64,000 nucleotides of DNA. Source: an uncultured Melioribacter sp. GTDB taxonomy: Bacteria; Bacteroidota; Ignavibacteria; Kapaibacteriales; Kapaibacteriaceae. The notes under the pieces were generated by a model, which was not told the DNA's origin, ran no database searches, and saw only the letters and a list, made by a program, of their open reading frames with translations. Positions within the stretch are counted from its first letter, which is position 1, and every line of letters begins with the position of its first letter. The DNA lies in contig CAZAGH010000003.1 in assembly GCA_964484755.1 (NCBI GenBank), forward strand, positions 15,157 through 79,156, written 5' to 3'. Below, piece by piece: positions 39,712 through 50,180 of this stretch. The translations under genes were made by a program, and so were the position numbers.

Positions 39712-41015
39712 GTGCTCAAGAGATTCACGTAGGGCTGGACATCGGCACAACCAAGGTTTGTGTTGTTGTCGCTGCATTCGACCCTGTGCGCAAATCAGTT
39801 GAGATTATTGGTAATGGTGTTGCAGACTGCGACGGACTCAAGCGTGGAGTTGTCAGTAACATTAACAAAACAGCCGAAGCCATCAAGGTTGCTATCGAGC
39901 GTGCCGAGCAGCAGAGCGGATACAAGCTTGCACGTGTTGTTATTGGAGTCAGCGGCGAGCATATCTCAACCTTCTACACCCGTGGCATTGTTACAACACG
40001 CACGTCAGAGATCACGGAAGATGACGTCAAGCGACTTCGTGATGAATTGCATCAAGTGCATGTTACTCCGGATCGTCGCATTCTGCATGTGATACCGCAG
40101 GATTACATCATTGACGGACAGGATGGTATCAGCGATCCACTCGGCATGAGTGGACGTCGTCTTGAGGCAAATGCACTAGTTATCACTGCATCTTCATCTG
40201 CAGTAGAGAACGTTCACAAATGTGCCGAACGTGCTGGCCTTCATGTTGATGCGGTTGTGCTGCAGTCTATGGCCAGCTCACTTGCAGTGCTTGAAGATGC
40301 CGAAAAAGAGGTCGGCGTTGCTGTTGTGGACATTGGCGGCGGAACAACCGACATGGCGATCTTCAAGGACAACGTTCTCCGCTATGTCAGCGTTATCGGT
40401 ATTGCTGGCCAGCGAGTAACAGACGACATCATCACTGTGCTTGGCATCCGTAATGCCGATGCAGAATCAATCAAAGTGCAATACGGGCATGCTATCGCTG
40501 ATAGCATCTTAAGGGACGAACATTTTCAGGTGCCAGGTGTTGGTGGACGAACGCCAACAGACCTTTCAAAGTCTATACTGTGTCAAGTCATAGAGCCCCG
40601 TATGGAGGAGATCTACGACTTCGTGCTTGCGCGAATCCACGAGAGCGGATTATCGCATCAACTCGCAGCAGGTATCGTTATCACAGGCGGATCGTCGGAT
40701 CTGTATGGTGCGGAAATGCTTGCTCAGCGAACCTTCCGGCTTCCTGTGAACAAGGGACTTCCGCGCGGGTATTCGGTGGAAGGATTTGCTCGCGAAGTCA
40801 CCACACCGTCGCACGCAACGGCCGTTGGTTTAGCGCTCTATAGCATTGATCATGAGCAAGAATTTGCAAAGAGCTCGTTGCCTCAACAGAGTATAGTCGC
40901 GCCACAAATTTTATCAACAACTGCGCCTCCTCAACCCGCGAATACGACAGAGCAGATTCATGTGGAAAAAAGAGGCTTATTGAATCGTGTTAAAGACTGG
41001 TTTGAGAACTTCTAA
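39708..41015 (+). CDS. ftsA: Cell division protein FtsA
   Basis: Actin-fold motifs (VGLDIGTTKVCVVV, DIGGGTTD). The ATG at 39708 overlaps the ftsQ stop. Confidence 0.95.
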   Translation: MSAQEIHVGLDIGTTKVCVVVAAFDPVRKSVEIIGNGVADCDGLKRGVVSNINKTAEAIKVAIERAEQQSGYKLARVVIGVSGEHISTFYTRGIVTTRTSEITEDDVKRLRDELHQVHVTPDRRILHVIPQDYIIDGQDGISDPLGMSGRRLEANALVITASSSAVENVHKCAERAGLHVDAVVLQSMASSLAVLEDAEKEVGVAVVDIGGGTTDMAIFKDNVLRYVSVIGIAGQRVTDDIITVLGIRNADAESIKVQYGHAIADSILRDEHFQVPGVGGRTPTDLSKSILCQVIEPRMEEIYDFVLARIHESGLSHQLAAGIVITGGSSDLYGAEMLAQRTFRLPVNKGLPRGYSVEGFAREVTTPSHATAVGLALYSIDHEQEFAKSSLPQQSIVAPQILSTTAPPQPANTTEQIHVEKRGLLNRVKDWFENF

Positions 41016-41057
41016 TTCACGTAATTTGAATATCACGACTGTATTCCGGGGGGAATA

Positions 41058-42371
41058 ATGGCAATCGAATTGGATACATCTTCGCTGATGTCCGATGCGC
41101 GTTTACGTGTTGTAGGAGTTGGCGGTGGCGGCGGTAATGCCGTCAAAACAATGATTTCACGTGGCTTGGATGGTGTTGAGTTTGTAGCAGCAAACACCGA
41201 TCGTCAAGCACTCATGAACAATCCTGCAGGAATCAAGCTTCAGCTTGGCAAGGATGTTACTCGTGGTCTCGGAGCTGGTGCCGATCCGAAGAAGGGGCGC
41301 GCAGCAGTAGAGGAGAGCATTGAGGAAGTCCACGATGCGCTGGCTGGATCCGACATGATTTTCGTTACCGCAGGCATGGGTGGTGGCACGGGCACCGGCG
41401 CTGCTCCCGTAATTGCTCGCGTTGGTCGCGAAATGGGTGCTCTCGTTGTCGGCATCGTCACAAAACCGTTTGGCTATGAGTCCAAGCGGCGGATGCAGGT
41501 GGCCGAAAATGGCATCAAGGAATTGCGCGAGAATGTCGATGCGTTGATCGTAATTCCGAACGAGCGCATCCTAAGCGTTGTAGACAAGAACGTAACCTTT
41601 GCTGACGCCCTTGCTATGGTGGACACGGTATTGTACAATGCAACCAAGGGCATTGCCGACATCATTTCTGGGGTTGGCTACGTTAACGTGGATTTTGCGG
41701 ATGTTCGCACAGTCATGAGTGGCATGGGAGATGCTTTGATGGGCATCGGTGTTGCGAGTGGTGAGCACCGTGCTATTGAGGCGGCCCAGAATGCGCTTAA
41801 CTCTCCAATCCTCGAGGGTATGTCGATTTACGGTGCCCAAGGCTTGCTTGTGAATATCACAGGCGGACACAGCCTGACGATGTTCGAAGTGAGCGAGGCT
41901 GTCTCGGCGATCGAAAAAGCCGCAGGCGACGAGGTCAACCTGATTCATGGTGTTGTTGTTGATGAGCGCATGGAAGATGAGCTTGCCATCACTGTGGTGG
42001 CCACAGGATTCCGGAGACAAGAAGAAAAGAAGATGCAAATCTCTGTGCCAACGATTGAGATCGTTCGTGCGCAGCCCGAGCAAGAAGTGTCACTCGAATC
42101 TGCACGTCCTTCCAGCTCTACCCCTGTCATTCCAACGACACCGCAGACTGACGTTGACATGAATGATCTAAACGTACCAGCCTACATTCGACGTCAGCGT
42201 GAACAGGAACAGCGCCAGAGTGGAATCCCTGCTGGGACGCCTCGAGTAGATCCGCCTACGCCTCCCAGCGTAACGATCTCAACAAGTCAGGACGTTTCAT
42301 CGATGGCGATGCCAGCCAAGAAAGTAGCTGCTGGTAATCAACCGGCATTTCTCAGAAAGATTATGGACTAA
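41058..42371 (+). CDS. ftsZ: Cell division GTPase FtsZ
   Basis: GVGGGGGNAV and GGGTGTGAAPV tubulin signatures, with a long low-complexity linker before the C-terminal peptide. Confidence 0.97.
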   Translation: MAIELDTSSLMSDARLRVVGVGGGGGNAVKTMISRGLDGVEFVAANTDRQALMNNPAGIKLQLGKDVTRGLGAGADPKKGRAAVEESIEEVHDALAGSDMIFVTAGMGGGTGTGAAPVIARVGREMGALVVGIVTKPFGYESKRRMQVAENGIKELRENVDALIVIPNERILSVVDKNVTFADALAMVDTVLYNATKGIADIISGVGYVNVDFADVRTVMSGMGDALMGIGVASGEHRAIEAAQNALNSPILEGMSIYGAQGLLVNITGGHSLTMFEVSEAVSAIEKAAGDEVNLIHGVVVDERMEDELAITVVATGFRRQEEKKMQISVPTIEIVRAQPEQEVSLESARPSSSTPVIPTTPQTDVDMNDLNVPAYIRRQREQEQRQSGIPAGTPRVDPPTPPSVTISTSQDVSSMAMPAKKVAAGNQPAFLRKIMD

Positions 42372-42404
42372 GGCGCGTCCGTACGTAGTATTGAAATCTC
42401 TATT

Positions 42405-42444
42405 CGGCGTGGGTTCAGGCAACGAGCCCACGCCGTTTTGTTTG
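42405..42444 (+). terminator. Rho-independent terminator of the ftsQAZ unit, embedded in the 3' end of the convergent gene
   Basis: Stem cggcgtggg (42405-42413) / cccacgccg (42427-42435), followed by ttttgtttg. The stop codon of the minus-strand MFS gene lies in the loop. Confidence 0.7.
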
Positions 42445-43677
42445 TAGCAGTAGGATTGCACCGGCAACAAGAAATACCGCCAGAGAAACAAGTGCGTAGC
42501 GATAGCTGGCGGTGATCGTTACCACAAGGCCGAAGAGCAGCGGACCTATCCACGACGTCCCCTTATCACTAATCTCGTAGAGTGCAAAGTATTCCGCTTC
42601 GGTGCCAGCCGGAATCAGCGTAGAGAAATACGAACGGCTCAGTGCTTGAATCCCTCCAAGAACGATAGCAATAGCTATAGCCAATCCATAAAAGCTCTCA
42701 TCGGAGGGCGGCAATACGAGTGCGCCACCAAGAGCAGCTGCCCATCCAATGATCGAGACCAGAATCGCTGAGAGCGTGCCAATTCGAGAGGCGATTGCGT
42801 TAAAGAGCAGTGCACCAAAGAGAGCTACAAACTGCACCAGGAGGATGCCGATTATCAGTACGTCGTCGCCTACGCGCATCTCCATCTTGCCATAGATACT
42901 TGCCATAGATATTGCTGTCTGCACAGTTTCGTTGTACAGCAAATAGGCGATCAGAAAACGAAACGCGCTGGGGTGTTCTCGAAGCCCCTTGAGCGATGAC
43001 CATGTCTGACGGAAAATATTCACATGCTGCCGCTGCGAAGGGGCTGGTGGATCTTTGAGTAGTGCCACAGAGACAATCGAGAACAGCAGCCACCAAAGTC
43101 CTGTGCTGGCAAGTATCAAATTGATCGAATCTGGCCATTGTGAATACATGTATAAGTGTATCACCAAAAGCAGTCCACCACCGAGATAGCCGAGTGCCCA
43201 TCCTCGCGAAGACACGGCATCGCGTTCATTGGGTGCTGCGAGGTCGTTCAGGAACGAGTTCGACGCAACCATGCTGGCACCAAATGCCACGTTGGCGATC
43301 ACAAACAGTGTCGCGCCAACAATGATCGGATTCGGATGCTTCACATCAAGCAAATACATCGCGATCGTTGCGCAGGCTCCGATGGATGATGTCACCAACA
43401 ATGACAGTCTCTTTCGATGTGTTGCATCGATGTAGCTACCCAACAATGGCATGATCGCTACTTGAAGGAGCACCGATAGTGAGACGCAATAGGAGTAGAC
43501 TGCTCCTGGGTGAATGTGCATGCCGAGCACGGACAACTGGCCGTTGCGCTCCATTACCGACATTGCAAGCATTGTCAGGTATGGTCCGAAGAAGACTGTT
43601 ATCACCGACGTGCTAAAACCACTGTTTGCAAAGTCGTAGAGATACCAACCACGCCGCTGTCGTTGAATGGTAGACAT
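42415..43677 (-). CDS. MFS transporter (UMF1/Atg22-like)
   Basis: N-terminus RRGWYLYDFANSGFSTSV and about 12 hydrophobic helices. Confidence 0.75.
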   Translation of the reverse strand: MSTIQRQRRGWYLYDFANSGFSTSVITVFFGPYLTMLAMSVMERNGQLSVLGMHIHPGAVYSYCVSLSVLLQVAIMPLLGSYIDATHRKRLSLLVTSSIGACATIAMYLLDVKHPNPIIVGATLFVIANVAFGASMVASNSFLNDLAAPNERDAVSSRGWALGYLGGGLLLVIHLYMYSQWPDSINLILASTGLWWLLFSIVSVALLKDPPAPSQRQHVNIFRQTWSSLKGLREHPSAFRFLIAYLLYNETVQTAISMASIYGKMEMRVGDDVLIIGILLVQFVALFGALLFNAIASRIGTLSAILVSIIGWAAALGGALVLPPSDESFYGLAIAIAIVLGGIQALSRSYFSTLIPAGTEAEYFALYEISDKGTSWIGPLLFGLVVTITASYRYALVSLAVFLVAGAILLLQTKRRGLVA

Positions 43678-43759
43678 TACTCTATATGCTCCCCGGTGAG
43701 TTCGTTCTCTGTGGCCTTCCAGCTAAATTGCAACTCTTCCACACCACTCCAAACTGATC

Positions 43760-44686
43760 ATGCAAACTCTTGGACCAAAAAAGAACTTCCTGGCAATCGA
43801 CGAAGAGTATTCATCCCTTGAGGCATCCGCGATTGCGATTGTCTCAGCCCCCTACGAGCATACTGTGAGCTATGGCGGCGGGGCAAAGCATGGACCCAAA
43901 GGCATCCTGAATGCAAGTGCCTACGTTGAGTTCTATGACGATGAGACCAACCGCGAACTTTGCTTCGACAAGGGGATTGCTACACTGAAGCCCTTGTCGT
44001 TCGGCAAGAGCGTTGATAGGGCAGCTCTGACGATCATTGAGGAACAGGTTGATTCTCTGTTGGAGATGGACAAATTCGTTGTCACGCTCGGCGGGGAGCA
44101 TACTATCTCAACGGCACCAATTGCATCTCACTATCGTAAGTATCCCCAAATGAGCATTCTGCATTTTGACGCACACTCTGATCTGCGTCAGGAGTATCAG
44201 GGCTCTATCTGGTCACATGCCTCATTCATGGCGCGTGTTGCCGAGTTCTTTCCAACTGAGCGCATTACTCAGGTAGGTATCCGAGCCCAGTGCAAAGAAG
44301 AGGCCGAGTTCATTCGCGAGAAGAAGATCAACACGTTCTATTCCTCTGCTATTAGAAGGGGCCTGCATGGCCTCAACTGGCAGAACACTGTTGTTGAAAC
44401 GCTTGCCAAGGATGTGTACATAACGTTTGACGTGGATGCGTTTGATCCTTCCATCATGCCCTCGACCGGTACTCCTGAGCCCGACGGACTGTTCTACAGT
44501 GAGACGATTGACGTAATCCGACAGATCATAGCATCCGGGCGGCGTATAATTGGTCTTGATGTGGTAGAGCTTGCCCCAGTCAAGGATGTCTCGCACCCTG
44601 ACCTTACCACGGCACGTTTGATCTACAAGATCCTCAACCTCGCATTTTCTCCTTCAACACGACCGACTGCAAAGAAGAAATCATGA
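43760..44686 (+). CDS. speB: Agmatinase / ureohydrolase family protein
   Basis: Mn-binding motifs (GGEHTIS, HFDAHSDLR, DVDAFDPS). Confidence 0.8.
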   Translation: MQTLGPKKNFLAIDEEYSSLEASAIAIVSAPYEHTVSYGGGAKHGPKGILNASAYVEFYDDETNRELCFDKGIATLKPLSFGKSVDRAALTIIEEQVDSLLEMDKFVVTLGGEHTISTAPIASHYRKYPQMSILHFDAHSDLRQEYQGSIWSHASFMARVAEFFPTERITQVGIRAQCKEEAEFIREKKINTFYSSAIRRGLHGLNWQNTVVETLAKDVYITFDVDAFDPSIMPSTGTPEPDGLFYSETIDVIRQIIASGRRIIGLDVVELAPVKDVSHPDLTTARLIYKILNLAFSPSTRPTAKKKS

Positions 44687-45522
44687 ATCTCCAACACGAA
44701 GTAGAACGCCTGTTTGCATTGCCGCCGTCGGAACTTATCTACGATCCTGCCCTCAATGATGTCTGCACCGACTTTCTGTATGCACTCGATACGGGCGCAA
44801 TTCGCGCAGCCAGTCCGCTAGACGATGGCTCATGGACGGTAAACATGTGGGTCAAACAAGGCATCTTGTTGTTGTTCCGCAAAGGCAAGATGGTGGACAT
44901 GTCTACGGATGACAATTTCCGGTTCTTCGATAAGGACACCATCCCAACGAAGACAATCAAGATCGGCGACGGCATTCGCATTGTGCCGGGAGGTTCATCG
45001 GTCCGTACTGGAGCATTTCTCTCACAGGGTGTGATCTGTATGCCCCCGATGTATATCAACATCGGGGCCTGGATCGGAGAGGGAACAATGATTGATTCCC
45101 ATGCGCTTGTTGGTACCTGTGCGCAGATCGGTGCGCGTGTACACATAAGCGCAGCTGCGCAGATTGGTGGCGTTCTTGAGCCTGCTGGCGCACGTCCGGT
45201 GATTATCGAAGACGATGTGATGGTAGGGGGCAATTGCGGCGTGTACGAAGGCGTACGTGTTCGCAGACGTGCAGTTCTCGGCAGCGGTGTTGTGCTTAAT
45301 GCATCAACTCCGGTGTATGACTTGGTCAATGAGACTGTAATCCGTAGCTCGGCTGATGCGCCCCTTGAGATTCCCGAGGGGGCTGTTGTGGTAGCAGGAT
45401 CGAGAGCAGTGCAAACAGGATGGGGCACTGAGAACGGCCTGTCGATAAGTACGCCGCTGATCGTCAAGTACCGTGATGAACGTACAGACGCCCGCACTGC
45501 GCTTGAAAGCGCACTGCGCTAG
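44683..45522 (+). CDS. dapD: 2,3,4,5-tetrahydropyridine-2,6-dicarboxylate N-succinyltransferase
   Basis: Left-handed beta-helix hexapeptide repeats with a DapD-type N-terminal domain (WVKQGILLLFR, IRIVPGGSSVR). Confidence 0.85.
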   Translation: MNLQHEVERLFALPPSELIYDPALNDVCTDFLYALDTGAIRAASPLDDGSWTVNMWVKQGILLLFRKGKMVDMSTDDNFRFFDKDTIPTKTIKIGDGIRIVPGGSSVRTGAFLSQGVICMPPMYINIGAWIGEGTMIDSHALVGTCAQIGARVHISAAAQIGGVLEPAGARPVIIEDDVMVGGNCGVYEGVRVRRRAVLGSGVVLNASTPVYDLVNETVIRSSADAPLEIPEGAVVVAGSRAVQTGWGTENGLSISTPLIVKYRDERTDARTALESALR

Positions 45523-45551
45523 GTAACTGTCGCTAGTGGTCTTCCGGTTGA

Positions 45552-46493
45552 TTACGAGAGAGTAGGGTCGCCCTTGTCGCGGTTGAGCTTGGCCGCCTGG
45601 CGCACCATTGCCTCGAATACATCTGCCTTGATGTCCTTTGCCGACTTGATCGCTATATGACGCATCTTTGTCAGGTCGCCCGTGAGCAAGCCTTCTGAGT
45701 CATCAAGTTCGGTTCCTCTCCAGAATCCAAAGTGAACCGCTTCGGCGTAGGCCTTGATAAAGCAGACCGGTCCGTTAGAGCTAAAGACAGGTTGTGACCA
45801 CATGATTGTTTCTTCGATGTCGGGCACTGCATTCTTGATCAGAGAACGAAGCGACGTCAAAACGTCGCGCTGCCATCCGCGATGCTGGGTAACATAGGCC
45901 TCGACCGTGGCGGCAACAACAGGCACGTAGGCCGGTGCTTCCTCTTTGGTCTTCGGAGCATCGTCGTAGTCGCCGCGTGTCTGGCGACGATTGAGAACTG
46001 AACCGCGGGGCGGACGTTCCTTCTTTGGTTGGTCTTGCTGCTGCTTGTTTGACTGCTGTTGTGGTTGCCCCTGCTTTGGCCTCTGCTGTTGCGCAGGAGG
46101 CGCTTTAGCAGCTTGGGCTGGAGCATCTGAGCCTTCTGGCAGTTCTGCCTCTTGCGAAGCCTCTGGAGCGCCTTCTGCTGCGGGTTCGCTTCCGCGGCCA
46201 CGACGGTTACGTCGGCGATTACGACCGCGACGTTCACCATCTGCTTGCGGCTGACCATGTTCAGATGCCTCAGCAGGAGTGTTGTCTGTCTCCCGCTGAG
46301 GTTGTTCTGATTGCGTTACTTCTTGTCCATCTTGCCGAGCATCACCTGGCCTGCGTCCACCGCGGCGGCGTCTGCGCCTGTTGCGGCCTTCGCCGCTTTG
46401 CGGGCCCCCTTCGGCGGTTGCTGGAGATTGTTGCTCGTGTTGTGCCTCTGACGATGTCATGGTTTCAGTATGAATGTCGAAATAATTCGTCAA
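45552..46493 (-). CDS. DUF1801 (YdhG-like) domain protein with a ~175-aa Arg/Gly/Gln/Glu-rich low-complexity N-terminal region
   Basis: The C-terminal ~120 aa resemble DUF1801 (ETIMWSQPVF..VCFIKAYAEAVHFGFWRG). The N-terminus contains RNRRRRRRGGRRPG and RRGRNRRRNRRGRG tracts. TTG start, with an alternative ATG at 46460. Confidence 0.65.
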   Translation of the reverse strand: MTNYFDIHTETMTSSEAQHEQQSPATAEGGPQSGEGRNRRRRRRGGRRPGDARQDGQEVTQSEQPQRETDNTPAEASEHGQPQADGERRGRNRRRNRRGRGSEPAAEGAPEASQEAELPEGSDAPAQAAKAPPAQQQRPKQGQPQQQSNKQQQDQPKKERPPRGSVLNRRQTRGDYDDAPKTKEEAPAYVPVVAATVEAYVTQHRGWQRDVLTSLRSLIKNAVPDIEETIMWSQPVFSSNGPVCFIKAYAEAVHFGFWRGTELDDSEGLLTGDLTKMRHIAIKSAKDIKADVFEAMVRQAAKLNRDKGDPTLS

Positions 46494-46507
46494 ATATACG
46501 GAGGTGG

Positions 46508-47635
46508 TTACCCTTCGAACGGATGATCGCGCACAGTAGGAATGCGCATCTTGATAAGCTTTTCGATGTCACGCAGTGGGTTGCGGTCTTCAGGTGTTGC
46601 AATCGTTAGCGCCACGCCGTTGCGTCCAGCCCGACCTGTTCGACCGATGCGGTGTACATATGTCTCGGGGCTTTCCGGCACATCGTAGTTGACCACAAAC
46701 GGGAGTTCGGCGATATCGATACCGCGAGCTGCGATATCTGTGGCAACAAGAACACGTGTCTTTCCAGATTTGAAGTCCTGCAGTGCGCGTTGGCGTGCCA
46801 TCTGCGACTTGTCACCGTGAATGGCAGCAACACGCAGTCCGGCAGTCATGAGATCCTTTGCAACACGATCTGCGCCACGCTTCGTGCGCGTAAACACGAG
46901 AACGCTTCCGTCGAGATCTTCCTTGACAAGATGCGTTAGAAGGGCACGCTTGCGGTCACGCTCGACGTAGTACAGTCGTTGATCGACCATCTCTGTCGTG
47001 GTATTCTCAGGAGTAACAGCAATGTGCACCGGATCTGTGAGGATCGAGTTTGCCAGTGAGCGGATCTCCTTCGGCAGGGTTGCCGAGAAGAACAACGTAT
47101 GGCGTTCTGTTGGGATCAGCTTTACAACTTGCTTGATCGATGGCAAGAAGCCCATATCGAGCATGCGATCTGCTTCGTCCAACACGAACGTGTGGATATT
47201 ATCAAGTCGCAGAGCGCGATGGTCAATCACGTCAAGAAGACGTCCAGGCGTGGCAATTACGATGTCTACACCACGGCGAATGCGTTCGATCTGCGGGCGG
47301 ATGCTAACACCTCCGAGCAGCACGACTGTACGCGCCTTGATGCCAACGCCGTATGAGCGGAAGCTCTCATCGATCTGGATGGCCAGTTCGCGTGTTGGAG
47401 CAAGGATCAGCACGCGAGGTCCGCCGCGCTGAGGTCCTTCGTTGTGGAGGCGGTTTAGTATTGGTAGAGCGAACGCGGCCGTCTTACCTGTACCTGTCTG
47501 TGCGCATCCGAAGACGTCGCGTCCAGAGAGGACCACGGGAATAGCTTGTTCTTGGATTGGGGTTGGGTTCGTGTAACCCGCTTGTTGTACGGCCTTCTGT
47601 AGGGGCGCGCACAACGACAAATCAGCAAAGGTCAT
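46508..47635 (-). CDS. DEAD-box ATP-dependent RNA helicase (RhlE-like core with no C-terminal tail)
   Basis: Q motif, AQTGTGKT, DEAD, SAT, ARGID and HRIGRTGR. Length is 375 aa, ending just after the RecA2 domain. Confidence 0.9.
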   Translation of the reverse strand: MTFADLSLCAPLQKAVQQAGYTNPTPIQEQAIPVVLSGRDVFGCAQTGTGKTAAFALPILNRLHNEGPQRGGPRVLILAPTRELAIQIDESFRSYGVGIKARTVVLLGGVSIRPQIERIRRGVDIVIATPGRLLDVIDHRALRLDNIHTFVLDEADRMLDMGFLPSIKQVVKLIPTERHTLFFSATLPKEIRSLANSILTDPVHIAVTPENTTTEMVDQRLYYVERDRKRALLTHLVKEDLDGSVLVFTRTKRGADRVAKDLMTAGLRVAAIHGDKSQMARQRALQDFKSGKTRVLVATDIAARGIDIAELPFVVNYDVPESPETYVHRIGRTGRAGRNGVALTIATPEDRNPLRDIEKLIKMRIPTVRDHPFEG

Positions 47636-47862
47636 TGACCTCTCCGTAATTGTGGATATGTGTGAATCGGCTACCGACTCTCATGCTGACCTTGTCAGCA
47701 ACTGTGCAACCGTGATTCACCGCGACAACTAGGAGAGAACGGGGCAGAGAGAAGAACAACCGTGATGCATGTGCATCGTTGTCTTTTGTATGACGCACAA
47801 ACATACGAAATTGTGTGGTATCAACATAGTTATTCACACCCTATGCACCGTGGAGCACGCCC

Positions 47863-48282
47863 ATGCCAACCCAGGTCGTCGATGTAGTTTGGCGAAATGA
47901 TCTCACGTTTGATGCACATCAGCAGGGGCGGACATTCACGATTATGTCGTCGCCGCATGAGGATCCTGATGGCACTGCTGTATCGCCGAAACAGCTCTTA
48001 CTGACCGGCCTAGCTGGCTGCACGGGACTTGATGTAGCCTCGTTACTGCCCAAGATGCGCGTATACTTTAGCTCACTAAAGGTTGTTGTCGAAGCCACTC
48101 TAACTGAAGACCACCCACGGACATATGCAACGATGCATATGATCTACGAGATTGGTTGTAGCGAAGACGACAGGGAAAGCGCGGAACGAGCCGTTGAACT
48201 ATCAGTTACAAAGTACTGTGGCGTTCATGCGATGCTGGAGAAGGCCTCGCATATCACCCATGAAGTGCGGATCGTAGCATAG
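47863..48282 (+). CDS. OsmC-family protein
   Basis: The size, the GCTGLD motif and the YCGV motif are characteristic of OsmC/Ohr-like proteins. Confidence 0.7.
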   Translation: MPTQVVDVVWRNDLTFDAHQQGRTFTIMSSPHEDPDGTAVSPKQLLLTGLAGCTGLDVASLLPKMRVYFSSLKVVVEATLTEDHPRTYATMHMIYEIGCSEDDRESAERAVELSVTKYCGVHAMLEKASHITHEVRIVA

Positions 48283-48904
48283 TGTCAACGTGCTCATATG
48301 GAGCATACCCATTCGAGAGCAGATGAACATTGTCGCCGATCTCGAGAAGCATGGTCGGGAAGCCCCCTATGCCGAGAGATGCAACATATTCGAACTCGTC
48401 GGCTACGGCATCACTGATCTCAGGGGAGTTCATGAGCATGATAAACTCGTCCGGGTTCAAACCAGCCTCGCTGGCGAGCACACGATAGGTCGACTCAGCG
48501 TTCATATCCAGTCCATCGGCATAAAGCGCACGCTGTAGGCGATGACTAAACGCGATATGATTGCTTGGCTGCATGGCTCGCATGGCCTCAAGCGCTCTGG
48601 CAGGGGGCTCACTGTCGAGAACAACGTCCTTTCGGTTCAGCAGCCCATGCAGGAACGCTTCACCAAAGGTTACACCTGTAGTCTCTTCCACACGGGCGCG
48701 AGCGCCCCGAATGAAATCCGACATCTCGGAGAGTGCTTGAATGTTGTCTCCTGTGACCATGCCGCCAGCGTAGACGACTACGTCAAGGTGCTCAGACCAT
48801 TCCTCTTCAATGCGGGATACGACGGGACCAAACCCATAGCACCACCCGCACAGAGTGTCTTGGAAATAGTGAAGCGTAGGACGCTCAATGTGCTCGTTGG
48901 TCAT
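48254..48904 (-). CDS. DsbA-like thioredoxin-fold protein
   Basis: CGWC active-site motif near the N-terminus ([13 protein letters not shown]). ATGA overlap with the icd stop. Confidence 0.65.
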   Translation of the reverse strand: MTNEHIERPTLHYFQDTLCGWCYGFGPVVSRIEEEWSEHLDVVVYAGGMVTGDNIQALSEMSDFIRGARARVEETTGVTFGEAFLHGLLNRKDVVLDSEPPARALEAMRAMQPSNHIAFSHRLQRALYADGLDMNAESTYRVLASEAGLNPDEFIMLMNSPEISDAVADEFEYVASLGIGGFPTMLLEIGDNVHLLSNGYAPYEHVDTMLRSALHG

Positions 48905-50136
48905 GCTGCGGCTAGGCGCTTGCGCAACTCTGTATCGAGTGCATCGAGGAATTCCTGCGTGTAGAGATAGTGCTCTCCATGCTGCACCTTGTTGCCATGG
49001 ATGCAGACGGCCAGGTCCTTGGTCATCTTGCCACTCTCAACCGTCTCAATGCAGACACGTTCGAGGGTATGACAGAAGTTGATGAGCTCTTGATTACCAT
49101 CAAGTTTACCGCGGAACTCCAAGCCCCTTGTCCATGCAAAGATTGAGGCGATTGGATTTGTCGAGGTTGGTTTACCTTGCTGGTGGTCGCGATAGTGACG
49201 TGTTACCGTGCCGTGAGCGGCTTCGGATTCCATGGTCTTGCCGTCCGGAGTAACAAGTACAGATGTCATCAGACCGAGTGAGCCAAAGCCCTGGGCAACG
49301 GTGTCAGACTGAACATCGCCATCATAATTTTTACATGCCCAGACGAAGTTGCCGTTCCACTTGAGTGCCGAAGCTACCATGTCGTCGATTAGGCGATGCT
49401 CATATGTAATGCCAGCTGCCTCGAAGCGCTCTTTGAACTCGCTTGAATACACATCTTCGAAGATGTCTTTGAAGCGACCATCGTATTTCTTGAGGATGGT
49501 ATTCTTCGTACTGAGGTACAATGGCCAGCCCTTGCCAAGTGCTTGATTCATGCACGCACGCGCAAAACCACGGATCGACTCGTCGGTATTATACATCGCC
49601 AACGCCACGCCATCGCCCTTGAAGTTATATACCTCGAAGTTTTGCGGCTCGGAACCATCCTCTGGCGTGAACGTAACTGTCAGCTTGCCCTTGCCCTTGG
49701 TCACAAAGTCAGTTGCCCGATACTGGTCACCAAAGGCGTGACGACCAATACAGATCGGTGCAGTCCAGTTCGGCACCAAGCGTGGCACATTTGAGCACAC
49801 GATTGGCTCGCGAAACACTGTACCGTCGAGGATGTTACGGATGGTGCCGTTGGGCGACTTCCACATCTGCTTGAGACCAAACTCTTTGACACGGGCTTCA
49901 TCGGGCGTGATAGTTGCGCACTTGATGCCAACGTTGTATTGTTTGATTGCCTCGGCGGCATCAATCGTTACTTGGTCGTTTGTAGCGTCGCGATGCTCCA
50001 TACCAAGATCAAAGTACTTGATGTCGATATCGAGGTAGGGAAGGATCAGCTTATCCTTGATAAACTTCCAGATGATTCGTGTCATTTCGTCGCCATCGAG
50101 CTCGACGACGGGATTTGCGACGGAGATCTTGTTCAT
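48901..50136 (-). CDS. icd: NADP-dependent isocitrate dehydrogenase (eukaryote-like ~410-aa type)
   Basis: [21 protein letters not shown] and [11 protein letters not shown] motifs. The ATG at 50136 is preferred over the listed TTG at 50151. Confidence 0.95.
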   Translation of the reverse strand: MNKISVANPVVELDGDEMTRIIWKFIKDKLILPYLDIDIKYFDLGMEHRDATNDQVTIDAAEAIKQYNVGIKCATITPDEARVKEFGLKQMWKSPNGTIRNILDGTVFREPIVCSNVPRLVPNWTAPICIGRHAFGDQYRATDFVTKGKGKLTVTFTPEDGSEPQNFEVYNFKGDGVALAMYNTDESIRGFARACMNQALGKGWPLYLSTKNTILKKYDGRFKDIFEDVYSSEFKERFEAAGITYEHRLIDDMVASALKWNGNFVWACKNYDGDVQSDTVAQGFGSLGLMTSVLVTPDGKTMESEAAHGTVTRHYRDHQQGKPTSTNPIASIFAWTRGLEFRGKLDGNQELINFCHTLERVCIETVESGKMTKDLAVCIHGNKVQHGEHYLYTQEFLDALDTELRKRLAAA

Positions 50137-50180
50137 TCTGCCTGTGTGCAATTAAAAGGTGATAACGTTGTGACGAACAG

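Noticed and set aside
44739-45497. A 252-aa minus-strand ORF covering almost all of dapD
   Set aside because: It is antisense to a well-supported hexapeptide-repeat gene, and its product is low-complexity (Pro/Ser/Thr/Ala-rich) with no recognisable motif.
47636-47862. A possible small RNA or structured cold-shock leader in the 227-nt spacer between the DEAD-box helicase and the OsmC gene
   Set aside because: The only clear structure is one 7-bp hairpin (47684..47700). There is no terminator or conserved-looking structure, so this is insufficient evidence. The listed 71-aa ORF (47622..47837) has no support.
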